Source: Pseudomonas aeruginosa (GTDB taxonomy: Bacteria > Pseudomonadota > Gammaproteobacteria > Pseudomonadales > Pseudomonadaceae). From it: 32,000 nucleotides of DNA. This document shows positions 16,398-27,737 of the stretch, in pieces. The notes beneath the pieces are model-generated. The model did not search any database. It was not told the origin of the DNA and saw only the letters and a program-made list of their open reading frames with translations. Each line of letters opens with the position of its first letter. Position 1 is the first letter of the stretch. Made by a program: the position numbers and the translations under genes. The stretch lies in the NCBI RefSeq assembly GCF_001457615.1, contig NZ_LN831024.1, forward strand, positions 5,610,001 through 5,642,000, given 5' to 3'.

Positions 16398-17005
16398 AGC
16401 CCACGCACCTCGGCCCGGTTCAGGGCCAGCCACTGCAGGGCGATGATGCTCGCCGCGTTGTTGATCCGCCCGTCGCGCACGGCCTGCAGCGCATCTTCCA
16501 ACGGCCAGACGTGGACGCGGATGTCCTCGCCCTCCTCCGGCAAGCCATGCACGCCGCCGACGCCTTCGCTGTCGCAACGGCCGACGAACAGGTGCACCAC
16601 TTCGTCGGTGCCGCCCGGCGACGGCAGGTACTGGGTTATCGGCCAGAGCGCACCGAGAGTCAGCCCGGCCTCCTCCATCGCCTCGCGATGGGCCACTTCC
16701 TCCGGTTGCTCGTCCTTGTCGATCAGGCCGGCGACCAGCTCCAGCAGCCAGGGGTTGGCGAGCTTCTGCATCGCCCCGACGCGGAATTGCTCGATGAGCA
16801 CCACGCAATCGCGCTGCGGGTCGTAGGGCAGCACGCAGACCGCGTCATGGCGGACGAACAGTTCCCGACTGATTTCCCGGCCCATGCTGCCGTCGAACTG
16901 GCGATGCCGCAGGCGCAGGCGATCGAGACGATAGAAGCCGCGGAAGCATTCCTCGCGCTGCACGAGCTCGACGTCACCGGGGGCGGGTTTGAAGGTTTCG
17001 GACAT
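16388..17005 (-). CDS. nudF: ADP-ribose pyrophosphatase (Nudix hydrolase)
   Basis: 205 aa. The Nudix box GLIDKDEQPEEVAHREAMEEAGL fits G-x5-E-x7-REUxEExGU. PAO1 calls this gene aspP (PA4971), as I recall. Confidence 0.9.
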   Translation of the reverse strand: MSETFKPAPGDVELVQREECFRGFYRLDRLRLRHRQFDGSMGREISRELFVRHDAVCVLPYDPQRDCVVLIEQFRVGAMQKLANPWLLELVAGLIDKDEQPEEVAHREAMEEAGLTLGALWPITQYLPSPGGTDEVVHLFVGRCDSEGVGGVHGLPEEGEDIRVHVWPLEDALQAVRDGRINNAASIIALQWLALNRAEVRGLWA

Positions 17006-17247
17006 CCTCGACTCACTTCACTCGGGTATGTGGGTTTCGCGCCATCCTATCGCGGCCCGGCGCAGGGCGCAGCCACTTTCAGGACAGCTCGGGAAAACTT
17101 CGTGGCGCTCGCCGCACGGGCGTGTTTCCCGGCCACGGCTAGGCCATACTTGGGGTTTGCGCGGGCCGAACTCAAGCGCGACGCCAGGGTCGAAACGGAC
17201 TGGTCGACGCTTCGAGCCCGCCCATCCACCGTCGCAAAAGGAATCCC

Positions 17248-17994
17248 ATGCGCCTTCTGAAATTCGCCGCCCTCGGCAGCCTGGTCGTTCTGCTGAGCGC
17301 CTGCCAGAGCCTCTTCAAGCCCGGCCTCGACGACCCGCTGCCCACCGAGCGCCTCGCCAGCGAGCACCTGAAGCCCGGCTGTCAGGGCGAACAGTGTCCC
17401 TTGGTAAACATCGACACCTTGAAGTTCCCCGACGAACCGCAGTTGGACCCGATCGTCGAGCGCGCCCTGCTGGAAATGACCCGGGAAAACAACGAAACAC
17501 CCCTGCCGGCATCGCTGGCGGCCTACGAGCGGCAGTTCCTGGACAGCGCCGAGCCGGGCTGGAGCAGCTACCTGCAAGCCAAGGTGCGCGAACAACATGA
17601 CGGTCTGGTGATCATCGAGCTTTCCAGCTACCTGTTCACCGGCGGCGCCCACGGCATGCCCGGTCGCGGCTTCATCAACTACGACCGCAGGCAGCACAAG
17701 GTGCTGAGCCTGCAGGACATGCTGGTTCCCGGCCAGGAAGAAGCCTTCTGGAAACAGGCCGAGCTGGCGCACAAGGCCTGGCTGCTGGCCAACAAGCTCG
17801 ACCAGGACGCCGATTTCCAGAAGACCTGGCCGTTCCAGCGCACCCCGCACGTGGCATTGACCTTCGGCGCGGTGACGCTGAAGTACGACGCCTACTCCAT
17901 CGCGCCGTATTCCTATGCCCACCCCGAACTGAAGATCCCGTATCCGCGCCTGAACGGCATCGTCAAGCCGAACCTGTTCCCCGGCCGCGGCTGA
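17248..17994 (+). CDS. Lipoprotein, DUF3298/DUF4163 (RsiV/PdaC-like) family
   Basis: 248 aa. Signal and lipobox MRLLKFAALGSLVVLLSAC. The TGGAHGMPG motif is typical of DUF3298. RBS AAGGA lies 5 nt upstream. Confidence 0.8.
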   Translation: MRLLKFAALGSLVVLLSACQSLFKPGLDDPLPTERLASEHLKPGCQGEQCPLVNIDTLKFPDEPQLDPIVERALLEMTRENNETPLPASLAAYERQFLDSAEPGWSSYLQAKVREQHDGLVIIELSSYLFTGGAHGMPGRGFINYDRRQHKVLSLQDMLVPGQEEAFWKQAELAHKAWLLANKLDQDADFQKTWPFQRTPHVALTFGAVTLKYDAYSIAPYSYAHPELKIPYPRLNGIVKPNLFPGRG

Positions 17995-18012
17995 CGCTTC
18001 CGACGCTCCGCA

Positions 18013-18034
18013 GCCCCTCGTCACGGCGAGGGGC
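18013..18034. terminator. GC hairpin between the convergent lipoprotein gene and thiC
   Basis: GCCCCTCG (18013-18020) / CGAGGGGC (18027-18034) with a 6-nt loop. There is no U-tract, so terminator function is uncertain. Confidence 0.35.
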
Positions 18035-18047
18035 CCCGTGGCGCGGC

Positions 18048-20150
<2,103 letters not shown>

Positions 20151-20161
20151 AGAACCCCGGC

Positions 20162-20191
20162 AGTCTAATCAACACCGGCGGGATACGCCAA
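20162..20191 (-). promoter_or_regulatory. Candidate promoter for the riboswitch-thiC transcript
   Basis: The minus strand reads TTGGCG (20186-20191), 18-nt spacer, TAGACT (20162-20167), about 12 nt upstream of the first riboswitch helix. Confidence 0.3.
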
Positions 20192-20324
20192 CGGGAAAAC
20201 GCCCCGCCCGACCGGCAGTCATGGTCCAGTCCGGCGCCCTCTCGCCAGGGAAGACGCAGATCCCCGCACGTTCGCCGGCACATCGATCCGGACTGGCTCT
20301 TCGATCAGTTGCCGCGCAGGTGCC

Positions 20325-20353
20325 TTGACCGCTACCGGTAGCGACCTTAGCCT
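20325..20353 (+). promoter_or_regulatory. Candidate sigma70 promoter for opmH with a palindromic spacer
   Basis: TTGACC (20325-20330), 17-nt spacer, TAGCCT (20348-20353). The spacer begins with the perfect 12-bp palindrome GCTACCGGTAGC (20331-20342). Confidence 0.35.
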
Positions 20354-20386
20354 TGCCCCACCTCGCATCTTTTCCAGGACGAACGA

Positions 20387-21835
20387 ATGCTGCGCAGACT
20401 CTCCCTGGCGGCCGCCGTGGCCGCTGCTACCGGTGTCGCCTGGGCCGCCCAGCCGACCCCGCTGCCGACCAAGACCGACCTGATCAGCGTCTACAAGGAA
20501 GCCGTCGACAACAACGCCGACCTCGCCGCCGCCCAGGCCGACTACCTGGCGCGCAAGGAAGTGGTGCCCCAGGCCCGCGCCGGCCTGCTGCCGCAACTCG
20601 GCGCCGGCGGCCGTATCGGCGACTCACGGGTCGCTCTCGACGAACCGGCCGCCACGGTCAAACGCAGCAGTCATGTGGTCCAGGCCAGCCTCAGCCAGCC
20701 GCTGTTCCGCGCCGACCGCTGGTTCCAGTGGCAGGCCGCCAAGGAAACCAGCGACCAGGCCAAGCTGGAATTCTCCGCGACCCAGCAGGACCTGATCCTG
20801 CGCAGCGCCGAGACCTACTTCACGGTGCTCCGCGCCCAGGACAACCTGGCCACCAGCAAGGCCGAGGAAGCCGCCTTCAAGCGTCAATTGGACCAGGCCA
20901 ACGAGCGCTTCGACGTGGGCCTTTCCGACAAGACCGACGTACTCGAGGCCCAGGCCAGCTACGACACCGCCCGCGCCAACCGGCTGATCGCCGAACAGCG
21001 CGTGGACGATGCCTTCCAGGCCCTGGTGACCCTGACCAACCGCGACTACAGCGCCATCGAGGGCATGCGCCACACCCTGCCGGTGGTGCCGCCGGCGCCG
21101 AACGACGCCAAGGCCTGGGTCGACACCGCGGTGCAGCAGAACCTGCGCCTGCTGGCCAGCAACTACGCGGTCAACGCCGCCGAGGAAACCCTCCGCCAGC
21201 GCAAGGCCGGGCACCTGCCGACCCTCGATGCCGTGGCCCAGTACCAGAAGGGCGACAACGACGCCCTCGGCTTCGCCAACAGCGCCGCCAATCCGCTGGT
21301 GCACTACGGCAAGGATGTCGAGGAACGCACGATTGGCCTGGAACTGAACATCCCGATCTACAGCGGCGGCCTGACCTCCTCCCAGGTCCGCGAGTCCTAC
21401 CAGCGCCTCAACCAGAGCGAGCAATCCCGCGAAGGCCAGCGCCGCCAGGTGGTGCAGGATACCCGCAACCTGCACCGCGCGGTGAATACCGACGTCGAGC
21501 AGGTCCAGGCGCGGCGCCAGGCGATCATCTCCAACCAGAGTTCGCTGGAAGCCACCGAGATCGGCTACCAGGTCGGCACCCGCAACATCGTCGACGTGCT
21601 CAACGCCCAGCGCCAGCTGTACGCCGCCGTGCGCGACTACAACAACAGCCGCTACGACTACATCCTCGATACCCTGCGCCTGAAGCAGGCGGCCGGCACC
21701 CTCAGCCCGGCCGACCTGGAGGCGCTCAGCGCCTACCTGAAGCAGGACTACGATCCGGACAAGGACTTCCTCCCGCCGGACCTGGCCAAGGCCGCCGCCG
21801 AGCAGTTACAGAGCAAGCCGCGCCAGCAGTACTAG
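20387..21835 (+). CDS. opmH: TolC-family outer-membrane efflux channel
   Basis: 482 aa. Signal peptide MLRRLSLAAAVAAATGVAWA. Two internally repeated OEP halves (LDQANERFDVGL.. and LEATEIGYQVGT..). Matches OpmH (PA4974) by recognition. Confidence 0.95.
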   Translation: MLRRLSLAAAVAAATGVAWAAQPTPLPTKTDLISVYKEAVDNNADLAAAQADYLARKEVVPQARAGLLPQLGAGGRIGDSRVALDEPAATVKRSSHVVQASLSQPLFRADRWFQWQAAKETSDQAKLEFSATQQDLILRSAETYFTVLRAQDNLATSKAEEAAFKRQLDQANERFDVGLSDKTDVLEAQASYDTARANRLIAEQRVDDAFQALVTLTNRDYSAIEGMRHTLPVVPPAPNDAKAWVDTAVQQNLRLLASNYAVNAAEETLRQRKAGHLPTLDAVAQYQKGDNDALGFANSAANPLVHYGKDVEERTIGLELNIPIYSGGLTSSQVRESYQRLNQSEQSREGQRRQVVQDTRNLHRAVNTDVEQVQARRQAIISNQSSLEATEIGYQVGTRNIVDVLNAQRQLYAAVRDYNNSRYDYILDTLRLKQAAGTLSPADLEALSAYLKQDYDPDKDFLPPDLAKAAAEQLQSKPRQQY

Positions 21836-21843
21836 CACGAGCC

Positions 21844-21869
21844 AAGACGCCCCCGGTCGGGGGCGTCTT
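21844..21869. terminator. Terminator hairpin between convergent opmH and the quinone oxidoreductase gene
   Basis: AAGACGCCCCCG (21844-21855) / CGGGGGCGTCTT (21858-21869) is perfectly complementary. It starts 9 nt after the opmH stop. The T-tract is weak. Confidence 0.6.
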
Positions 21870-21900
21870 CGCTTGACTGGCCTGGTGCGCGTCGCCCGGG

Positions 21901-22605
21901 TCAGCGCGCCAGCGGCTGGAGCAGCGCGTCGAACTGCTCCAGCCGCGGGAACCGCAGGGGTTCATCCTGCTCGAGATTTTCCAGCCGCGCCCGGTAGGCG
22001 CGCAGGAAGTTGCCGCGCGCTTCCTCGCTGATGTATGGCACGTGCCAGGCGACGAAGGGCTCCAGCACCTGCATGCCGACATAGGCCAGGGTGCCGCGCA
22101 GGATCGGCCGCAGCATGTCCTCCAGCGGTCCGTGGACGGCACCCTCGCCGAACATGTGCTGGCGCCCGCCCAGGGTCAGGCTGACCAGAGCCTTCTTGCC
22201 GGCCAGGCCACCCTGGTCGTAGAAGCGCTTGCCGCCATAGCAGACCCCGGACACCAGTACCCGGTCGAACCACCCCTTGAGGATCGCCGGCACCGAGAAC
22301 CAGTAGATCGGAAAGTTGAGGATCAGCAGGTCAGCCCACAACAGCTTGTCCAGCTCGGCCTGGATGTCGGCGGCCAGGCTCTGGCGCTTGACGCTCTCGC
22401 GCTGCTCCAGGGCGTACACCAGGTAGTCAGGATCGGCGCGCTCGGCGAAGTCGGCGGCACTGGCCACCGGATTCCAGTTCATCGCGTAGAGATCCGAGAC
22501 CTGCACCGCGTGGCCCTGGCCTGCCAGGGTCTCGCATGCCTGGTCGCAGAGCGCGCGGGTGAAGGATTGCGGTTCGTTGTGGGCGTGGACGATCAGTACG
22601 TTCAT
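21901..22605 (-). CDS. NAD(P)H:quinone oxidoreductase (flavodoxin-like fold, NQO1/Flavodoxin_2 family)
   Basis: 234 aa from ATG 22603-22605 (MNVLIVHAHNEPQSFTRAL), with the LILNFPIYWFSVPAILKGWFDRV motif. The 446-aa track ORF is a 5' extension into aruH in another frame. Confidence 0.9.
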   Translation of the reverse strand: MNVLIVHAHNEPQSFTRALCDQACETLAGQGHAVQVSDLYAMNWNPVASAADFAERADPDYLVYALEQRESVKRQSLAADIQAELDKLLWADLLILNFPIYWFSVPAILKGWFDRVLVSGVCYGGKRFYDQGGLAGKKALVSLTLGGRQHMFGEGAVHGPLEDMLRPILRGTLAYVGMQVLEPFVAWHVPYISEEARGNFLRAYRARLENLEQDEPLRFPRLEQFDALLQPLAR

Positions 22606-22655
22606 CGTGGTTTCCGAATCGTGGTGACCGGCCGCATCGCTCGCGGCCGAGGGTT

Positions 22656-23837
22656 TCAGGCCTGGCCGAGCAACTCGGCGGCGCACAGCGCGATGCGCCG
22701 ACAGGCTTCGCGCAGCGGTTCGGCGCCCAACACCAGGCCGAGGCGGATGTGACCGGCGGCGCTCGGACCGAAGGCTTCGCCGGCGAGCACCGATACGCCA
22801 TGGCGGTCCAGCAGGCGGTCGGCGAAGGCCTGGGCGGAAAGTCCGGTGGGGCGGATGTCGACCATCACGAACATGCCGCCGTCCGGGCGTAGTGGACGCA
22901 GGCCGGGGCTGTCGGCCAGGCACTCGATTACCAGGTCGCGGCGGCGGCGGTAGGCCTCGCGCATCGCCTCCAACTCCGGCAGCGGCGCTTCCAGCGCAGT
23001 GCAGGCGGCATCCTGGATGAATTCCGGCGAGCCATAGAGCATGCACAGGGCGAGGTTCTCCAGGTGCGCGCAGAGTGCTGCGGGACCGACCACCCAGCCG
23101 ACCCGCCAGCCGGTCATGGCGTGGGATTTCGACAGGCTGTTGAGGGTCGCGGTACGTTCGGCCATCCCCGGCAGGCTGGCCGGGCTGACGTGCTCGCCGT
23201 CGAACAGCAGTTCGCTGTAGACCTCGTCGGAGATCATCCACAGGTCATGGGCCATGCACAGCTCGGCCAGGGCTTCCCAGGTGATCCGCGGCAGGCTGGC
23301 GCCGGACGGGTTGTGCGGGCTGTTCAGCGCCATCGCGCGAGTGCGCGGGGTGATCAGTGCGGCGACCTCCTCGGCCTGCACGCGGAAGCCATTCTCGGAG
23401 CGCACCGGCACCGGCACCACCCGCGCGCCACAGGCGCCGAACACCGCTTCGTAGGTGACGTACATCGGCTCGGCGACTATCACCTCGTCGCCCGGATTCA
23501 GCAGGCACTGCACCACCGCGTACAGCGCGCATTGGGCACCTGCCAGCACCACCACCTGCTCCGCGTCCACCGCCTGGCCGCTGCGCCGCCGGTGGCGCTC
23601 GGCGATGCGCTGGCGCAGGGCGCGCTTGCCGCGCACGTCGGCGTAGTGGGTGTTGCCGGCCAGCAGGCTGTCGATGGCCGCCTGGACGATGGGCGCCGGG
23701 GTATCGAAGTCGGGGTCGCCGACCGACAGCAGGAGGATTTCCTCGCCCTGCTCGACCCGCGCCAGCGCGCGATAGTGGATGTCCCAGGCAGCGGCGCCGT
23801 CGCCGGCGATACGTTGAGTGAAGTCGGAATAGCGCAT
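22656..23837 (-). CDS. aruH: Arginine:pyruvate transaminase (class I/II PLP aminotransferase)
   Basis: 393 aa. The PLP-lysine context is SLSKSHAMTGWRVGW, and NPSG is also present. RBS AAGGAGA. Matches AruH (PA4976) by recognition. Confidence 0.9.
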   Translation of the reverse strand: MRYSDFTQRIAGDGAAAWDIHYRALARVEQGEEILLLSVGDPDFDTPAPIVQAAIDSLLAGNTHYADVRGKRALRQRIAERHRRRSGQAVDAEQVVVLAGAQCALYAVVQCLLNPGDEVIVAEPMYVTYEAVFGACGARVVPVPVRSENGFRVQAEEVAALITPRTRAMALNSPHNPSGASLPRITWEALAELCMAHDLWMISDEVYSELLFDGEHVSPASLPGMAERTATLNSLSKSHAMTGWRVGWVVGPAALCAHLENLALCMLYGSPEFIQDAACTALEAPLPELEAMREAYRRRRDLVIECLADSPGLRPLRPDGGMFVMVDIRPTGLSAQAFADRLLDRHGVSVLAGEAFGPSAAGHIRLGLVLGAEPLREACRRIALCAAELLGQA

Positions 23838-23859
23838 GGATGCTCTCCTTGTCCGGCGG

Positions 23860-25470
23860 TCAGCGCGCGCAGGCGTGCCGCAGTTCGATCAGGGTCACGC
23901 CGGGCTGCCCGAAGCCGGCGCGCAGGTCGCGCTCCAGTTCGTCCAGGTCCTGCGGCTGGCGCACCGCGCAACCGTAGGCGCGGCCCAGCAGGGCGAAGTC
24001 GGGGTTGCGCGGCAGCACGCCGACCGGCTCGATGTCCAGGCCGAGCATGTCGTCGCGGATCTGGCCGAGCGCGTCGTTGTTCCACAGTAGCACCACCAGC
24101 GGACTGTCCAGTTCCTCGCTGGCGGTGGCCAGTTCCTGCGCGGTGTAGAGGAAGCCGCCATCGCCGACCAGCACCAGGCCCGGGCGCTGCGGGGCGCCGA
24201 GCTTGGCGCCGATGCCGGCCGGCAGGCCGTAGCCGAGGGTGCCGTAGCCGGTGGGATGCAGCCAGCTGCGCGGCGCTCGGCTGGCGAACGCGTAGTTGCC
24301 GGTATAGGCCAGTTGGGTCATGTCGGTGCTGACGAACGCATCGGCCGGCAGCGCGGCGGCGATCCGGTCGAGGATCGCCTGGTGCAGCGCCTGCAGCGGC
24401 GCGTGTGCCGCGCGGATCTCCGCGCGCAGGCGCGCCACCCTCGCGGCGGCCGGCGCGGCGTCGCGGGCCTCCTGCGGCAGGCGCGCCAGCAGCGCCTCAA
24501 GGGTCTGCCGGGCATCGCCCCTGAGCGCTACGGCAGAGGGATAGAAGTCGTTGAACTTGCGCGGGTCGATATCGACGCGGATCAGTTCGCCGGACAGCGG
24601 CAGGCGTTCGCGCCAGAAGTCGGTGTCGGCCATCTCGGTGCCCACCGCCAGCACCAGATCGGCCTCGGCGATCATCTCCCAGCCCGGCGCTACGCACAGG
24701 CTGGCCCCGGCGTTGAGCGGCGCGTCCGGCGGCAGCAGGCCCTTGCCGGCGACGCTGGTGAACAGCGGCGCGGCCAGGCGCTCGCTCAGCGCGGCAAGCG
24801 CATCGCCGGCCGCCAGCGCGCCGCCGCCGGCGATGAGCATTGGTCGCCGGGCCGCAGCCAGGCGCTCCGCCGCCGCCCGCAATGCCTCGGTGCACGGCAC
24901 GCCACGACCAGGGCGGCGCGCCACGGCAGCGCTCCAGTCATGGGCCACCGGCGCGGCGAGCACGTCGAGCGGGATCGAGATATGCACCGGGCGCGGACGC
25001 TCGCTGTCGAACACCGCGTAGGCCCGGGCGATCAGTTCGGGCAGCTGTTCCGGGCTCAAGGCCAGGGCGGAGAAGGCAGTGATCGGCGCGGTCATGGCAC
25101 GCTGGTCCTGGGTCTCGTGCAGGCAGCCCCAGCCCTTGCCCAGGCTGGCGCTGTGGTTGACGCTGGAAATCACCAGCAGCGGCACCGAGTCGGCGTAGGC
25201 CTGGCCGATGGCGGTGGCGACGTTGGTCACGCCCGGCCCGGTGATGACGAAGCACACTCCCGGCTTGCCGCTGACCCGCGCATAACCGTCGGCCATGAAG
25301 CCGGCGCCCTGCTCGTGGCGGGTCAGCACGTGGCGGATGCCGCTGCCCGGAAGTCCGCGGTACAGCTCCAGGGTATGCACGCCGGGGATGCCGAAAACGG
25401 TATCCACGCCGTAGTTGGCCAGCAAGCGGACCAGGGCCTGGCCGGCGGTGAGGGTCTTCTGTGGTTGCAT
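23860..25470 (-). CDS. aruI: 2-ketoarginine decarboxylase (thiamine-diphosphate enzyme, acetolactate-synthase-like)
   Basis: 536 aa from ATG 25468-25470 (MQPQKTLTAGQALVRLLANYGVDTVFGIPG) with GAGGA 8 nt upstream. ThDP-binding motif GDGGFLYTAQELATA...NN. The track ORF adds 88 spurious residues. Confidence 0.88.
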   Translation of the reverse strand: MQPQKTLTAGQALVRLLANYGVDTVFGIPGVHTLELYRGLPGSGIRHVLTRHEQGAGFMADGYARVSGKPGVCFVITGPGVTNVATAIGQAYADSVPLLVISSVNHSASLGKGWGCLHETQDQRAMTAPITAFSALALSPEQLPELIARAYAVFDSERPRPVHISIPLDVLAAPVAHDWSAAVARRPGRGVPCTEALRAAAERLAAARRPMLIAGGGALAAGDALAALSERLAAPLFTSVAGKGLLPPDAPLNAGASLCVAPGWEMIAEADLVLAVGTEMADTDFWRERLPLSGELIRVDIDPRKFNDFYPSAVALRGDARQTLEALLARLPQEARDAAPAAARVARLRAEIRAAHAPLQALHQAILDRIAAALPADAFVSTDMTQLAYTGNYAFASRAPRSWLHPTGYGTLGYGLPAGIGAKLGAPQRPGLVLVGDGGFLYTAQELATASEELDSPLVVLLWNNDALGQIRDDMLGLDIEPVGVLPRNPDFALLGRAYGCAVRQPQDLDELERDLRAGFGQPGVTLIELRHACAR

Positions 25471-25531
25471 GGGCAATATCCTCGTCCAGTTCGGCGACCA
25501 TCGGAGTCGCCGTTCGCGCCGCAGCGCTCTT

Positions 25532-25561
25532 GCTCCCATTCCCACAAGCGGGAGGGGGAGC
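25532..25561. repeat. Intercistronic CTCCC/GGGAG hairpin, copy 1
   Basis: GCTCCC-ATTCCC-ACAAGC-GGGAGG-GGGAGC forms 6 bp plus 5 bp (one G-U) around one mismatch. It lies 20 nt after the acyl-CoA synthetase stop. It shares GGGAG-R-GGGGAGCC with the element at 27702-27728. Confidence 0.45.
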
Positions 25562-25580
25562 CGTCGTGTCCCCCCGGCCT

Positions 25581-27671
25581 TCAGCCATTGGCCAGCCGGA
25601 TCAACGCATCCACCGCCAGCGCTCCCTCGGCATCCGCCAGCAACGGATTGACGTCCAGCTCCAGCAAGCGCTCGGCATGTTCGCAGGCGAATTCGGCGAC
25701 CGCGCGGATCGCCGCCACCAGGGCCTCCATGCACACTGCCGGGCGACCGCGGAAGCCGCTGAGCAACGGCGCGCTGCGCAGGCTCAGCAGGGCATCGCGG
25801 ATCGCCGCGTCGGTGGTTGGCAGGAGCAGGCTGCGACTGTCACGCAGCAGCTCCACGAGTATCCCGCCGGCACCGATCACCAATGCCAGGCCGAAGCCCT
25901 CCTCGCGCTTGACCCCGACGATCAGCTCGGCCAGCGGCGCGCCAGCCATGCGCTCCAATAACACACGCTCGAAGACCAGTTGCGGCGCGTGCCGGGCCAG
26001 GCTTTCGCGCATGTCGAACAATGCCGCCTCCAACGCCGCCTCGTTGCGTAGGCCGAGCGCCACGCCACCGGCCTCGGTCTTGTGCGGCAGTGCGGCGCTG
26101 ACCGCCTTGAGCACCAGCGGGAAGCCGAGGTCGAGGGCCGCTTCGCGGGCCTGGCCGGGGGTGCTCAGCACCCCCTGGGGCAGTGGCAGGCCGAAGGGTT
26201 TCAGCGCCTGCTTGGATTGCCACTCGTCGAGCAGGTAGCCGTCGCCCGCCAGCGGCCCTGGGCAGATCGGCACCAACGCCGCCTCACCGCGCTCCAGCAG
26301 CGCCGCGCGGCGCTGGCGGTAGCGGGCGATCCGTCCCCAGGCGGCGAGACCATCCTCGACGCCCTGCAGCGCGGCGACGCCCTCGCCGTGCAACAGCTCG
26401 CGGGCCCGGGCCGGCAGCAGTTCCGGGAACGCCGAGGCGATGAAGCCGACTTTGCCGTGGCGCTTCAGCGCGGCGCAGTAGCGTTGCAGAAGCAGGTCGC
26501 ACTGCGGCCGCTCGCCGGTTTCCTCGCCCGGATAGTCGAGCACCAGCAGGGCGGCGTCGGCAGGGCTGCGCAGAGCGCTGTCGAGCATTTCCTCCAGGGC
26601 CGCGGCATCGCCCCAGATAGCGGTGGTGAAGTCCAGCGGGTTGGCGATGTTGGCGTAGTCGGGCAGTACCCCGGCCAGTTCGTCGCGCTGTCCGGCGTCG
26701 AAAGACGGCAACCCCAGGCCGTTGCGCTCGGCGTAGTCAGCGATCAACCCGGCGTCGCCGCCGGAACAGGCCAGCGCGACCAGGCTCGGCCCGCCAGGCA
26801 GGTGGCCGCAGGCGGCGGCCTTGAGGGTTTCGACGAAGCTCACCGGGCCGCTCACACGGATTACCCCGAGGCGCTCGAACAGGCTGTCGTAGAGCGCGTC
26901 GGAACCGGCCAGGGAACTGGTGTGGCTGAGCGCGAGGGCAGCACCGATCTTCGACACTCCGGTCTTCAGGGCGATCACCGGCACGCCTTTCTGCAACGCC
27001 TTGTAGGCCGCGCGGGCGAACCCCGGGACGTTCTTCAGACCTTCCAGATGCAGGCCGATGGCAGTCACCCGCGGCTCGTCGAGCAGCACGTCCATCAGCT
27101 CGGCGATGCCCAGCTGCGCCTGGTTGCCCACCGATGCCATATAGGCCACCGGCAGCGAACGGTCGCTCATCGACAGGTTGTAGGCGAAGTTGCCGCTCTG
27201 CGTCAGCACCGCGACGCCCCGCTCCACCTGCCGACCGCCATGTGCCACCGGCCATAGCGCGGCGCCGTGCAGGTAGTCGAGCAAGCCGTAGCAGTTCGGG
27301 CCGAGCAGCGCCATTTCGCCGGCGGCGGCCAGCAGCCGGCGTTGCAAGGCCAGGCCCTGTTCGCCGGTTTCGGCGAAGCCGGAGGCATAGCAGATCGCCC
27401 CGCCGGCGCCTTTGGCGGCGAGCGCGGCGACCGCGTCGAGGGTCAGTTCGCGGTTGGTGGCGACGAACGCCGCGTCCGGGCCGCACGGCAGGTCGGCGAC
27501 GCTGGCCACGCAGGGTGCGCCTTCGAGTTCGGCGTGCTGCGGATTGACCAGCCACAACTGGCCGGCGAAACCGCCTTCGGCACAGCGTTTCAGGGCACGC
27601 GCCATGCTACGGCCGCCAATGAAGGCGAGATGCCTGGGTGCCAGCAGGCGCTTGAGGTTTTCACGATTCAT
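25581..27671 (-). CDS. ADP-forming (NDP-forming) acyl-CoA synthetase: CoA-binding, succinyl-CoA-synthetase-like and ATP-grasp domains
   Basis: 696 aa. N-terminal CoA-binding pattern PRHLAFIGGS...NP, the LLGPNCYG and GNQA motifs, and a C-terminal ATP-grasp-like region (LDLGFPLVLKAV...). Corresponds to PA4978 by position. Confidence 0.87.
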   Translation of the reverse strand: MNRENLKRLLAPRHLAFIGGRSMARALKRCAEGGFAGQLWLVNPQHAELEGAPCVASVADLPCGPDAAFVATNRELTLDAVAALAAKGAGGAICYASGFAETGEQGLALQRRLLAAAGEMALLGPNCYGLLDYLHGAALWPVAHGGRQVERGVAVLTQSGNFAYNLSMSDRSLPVAYMASVGNQAQLGIAELMDVLLDEPRVTAIGLHLEGLKNVPGFARAAYKALQKGVPVIALKTGVSKIGAALALSHTSSLAGSDALYDSLFERLGVIRVSGPVSFVETLKAAACGHLPGGPSLVALACSGGDAGLIADYAERNGLGLPSFDAGQRDELAGVLPDYANIANPLDFTTAIWGDAAALEEMLDSALRSPADAALLVLDYPGEETGERPQCDLLLQRYCAALKRHGKVGFIASAFPELLPARARELLHGEGVAALQGVEDGLAAWGRIARYRQRRAALLERGEAALVPICPGPLAGDGYLLDEWQSKQALKPFGLPLPQGVLSTPGQAREAALDLGFPLVLKAVSAALPHKTEAGGVALGLRNEAALEAALFDMRESLARHAPQLVFERVLLERMAGAPLAELIVGVKREEGFGLALVIGAGGILVELLRDSRSLLLPTTDAAIRDALLSLRSAPLLSGFRGRPAVCMEALVAAIRAVAEFACEHAERLLELDVNPLLADAEGALAVDALIRLANG

Positions 27672-27701
27672 GTCGGTTCTCGATTCGGAACATGGCAGCC
27701 T

Positions 27702-27728
27702 TCCCCTCTCCCCTGGAGGGAGAGGGGA
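27702..27728. repeat. Intercistronic CCCCTCTCCC/GGGAGAGGGG hairpin, copy 2
   Basis: Perfect 10-bp stem (27703-27712 / 27718-27727) with loop CTGGA, extendable by a T-A pair. It lies 9 nt after the acyl-CoA dehydrogenase stop and 30 nt before the next start. There is no U-tract. Confidence 0.5.
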
Positions 27729-27737
27729 GCCAGGACT

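Noticed and set aside
17006-17247. A possible tRNA or small RNA in the 242-nt nudF / lipoprotein divergent region.
   Set aside because: No T-arm (GGTTCGAATCC-like) or cloverleaf-compatible segments are present, and there is no strong terminator hairpin. The region is most simply a pair of divergent promoters.
20353-21876. Same-strand alternate-frame ORFs: 507 aa over opmH, 543 aa at 8503..10134 over parC, and 408 aa at 29775..31001 over the permease gene.
   Set aside because: Their translations are Pro/Arg/Gly-rich nonsense with no domain signatures. The overlapping frames encode complete TolC, ParC and APC-permease proteins.
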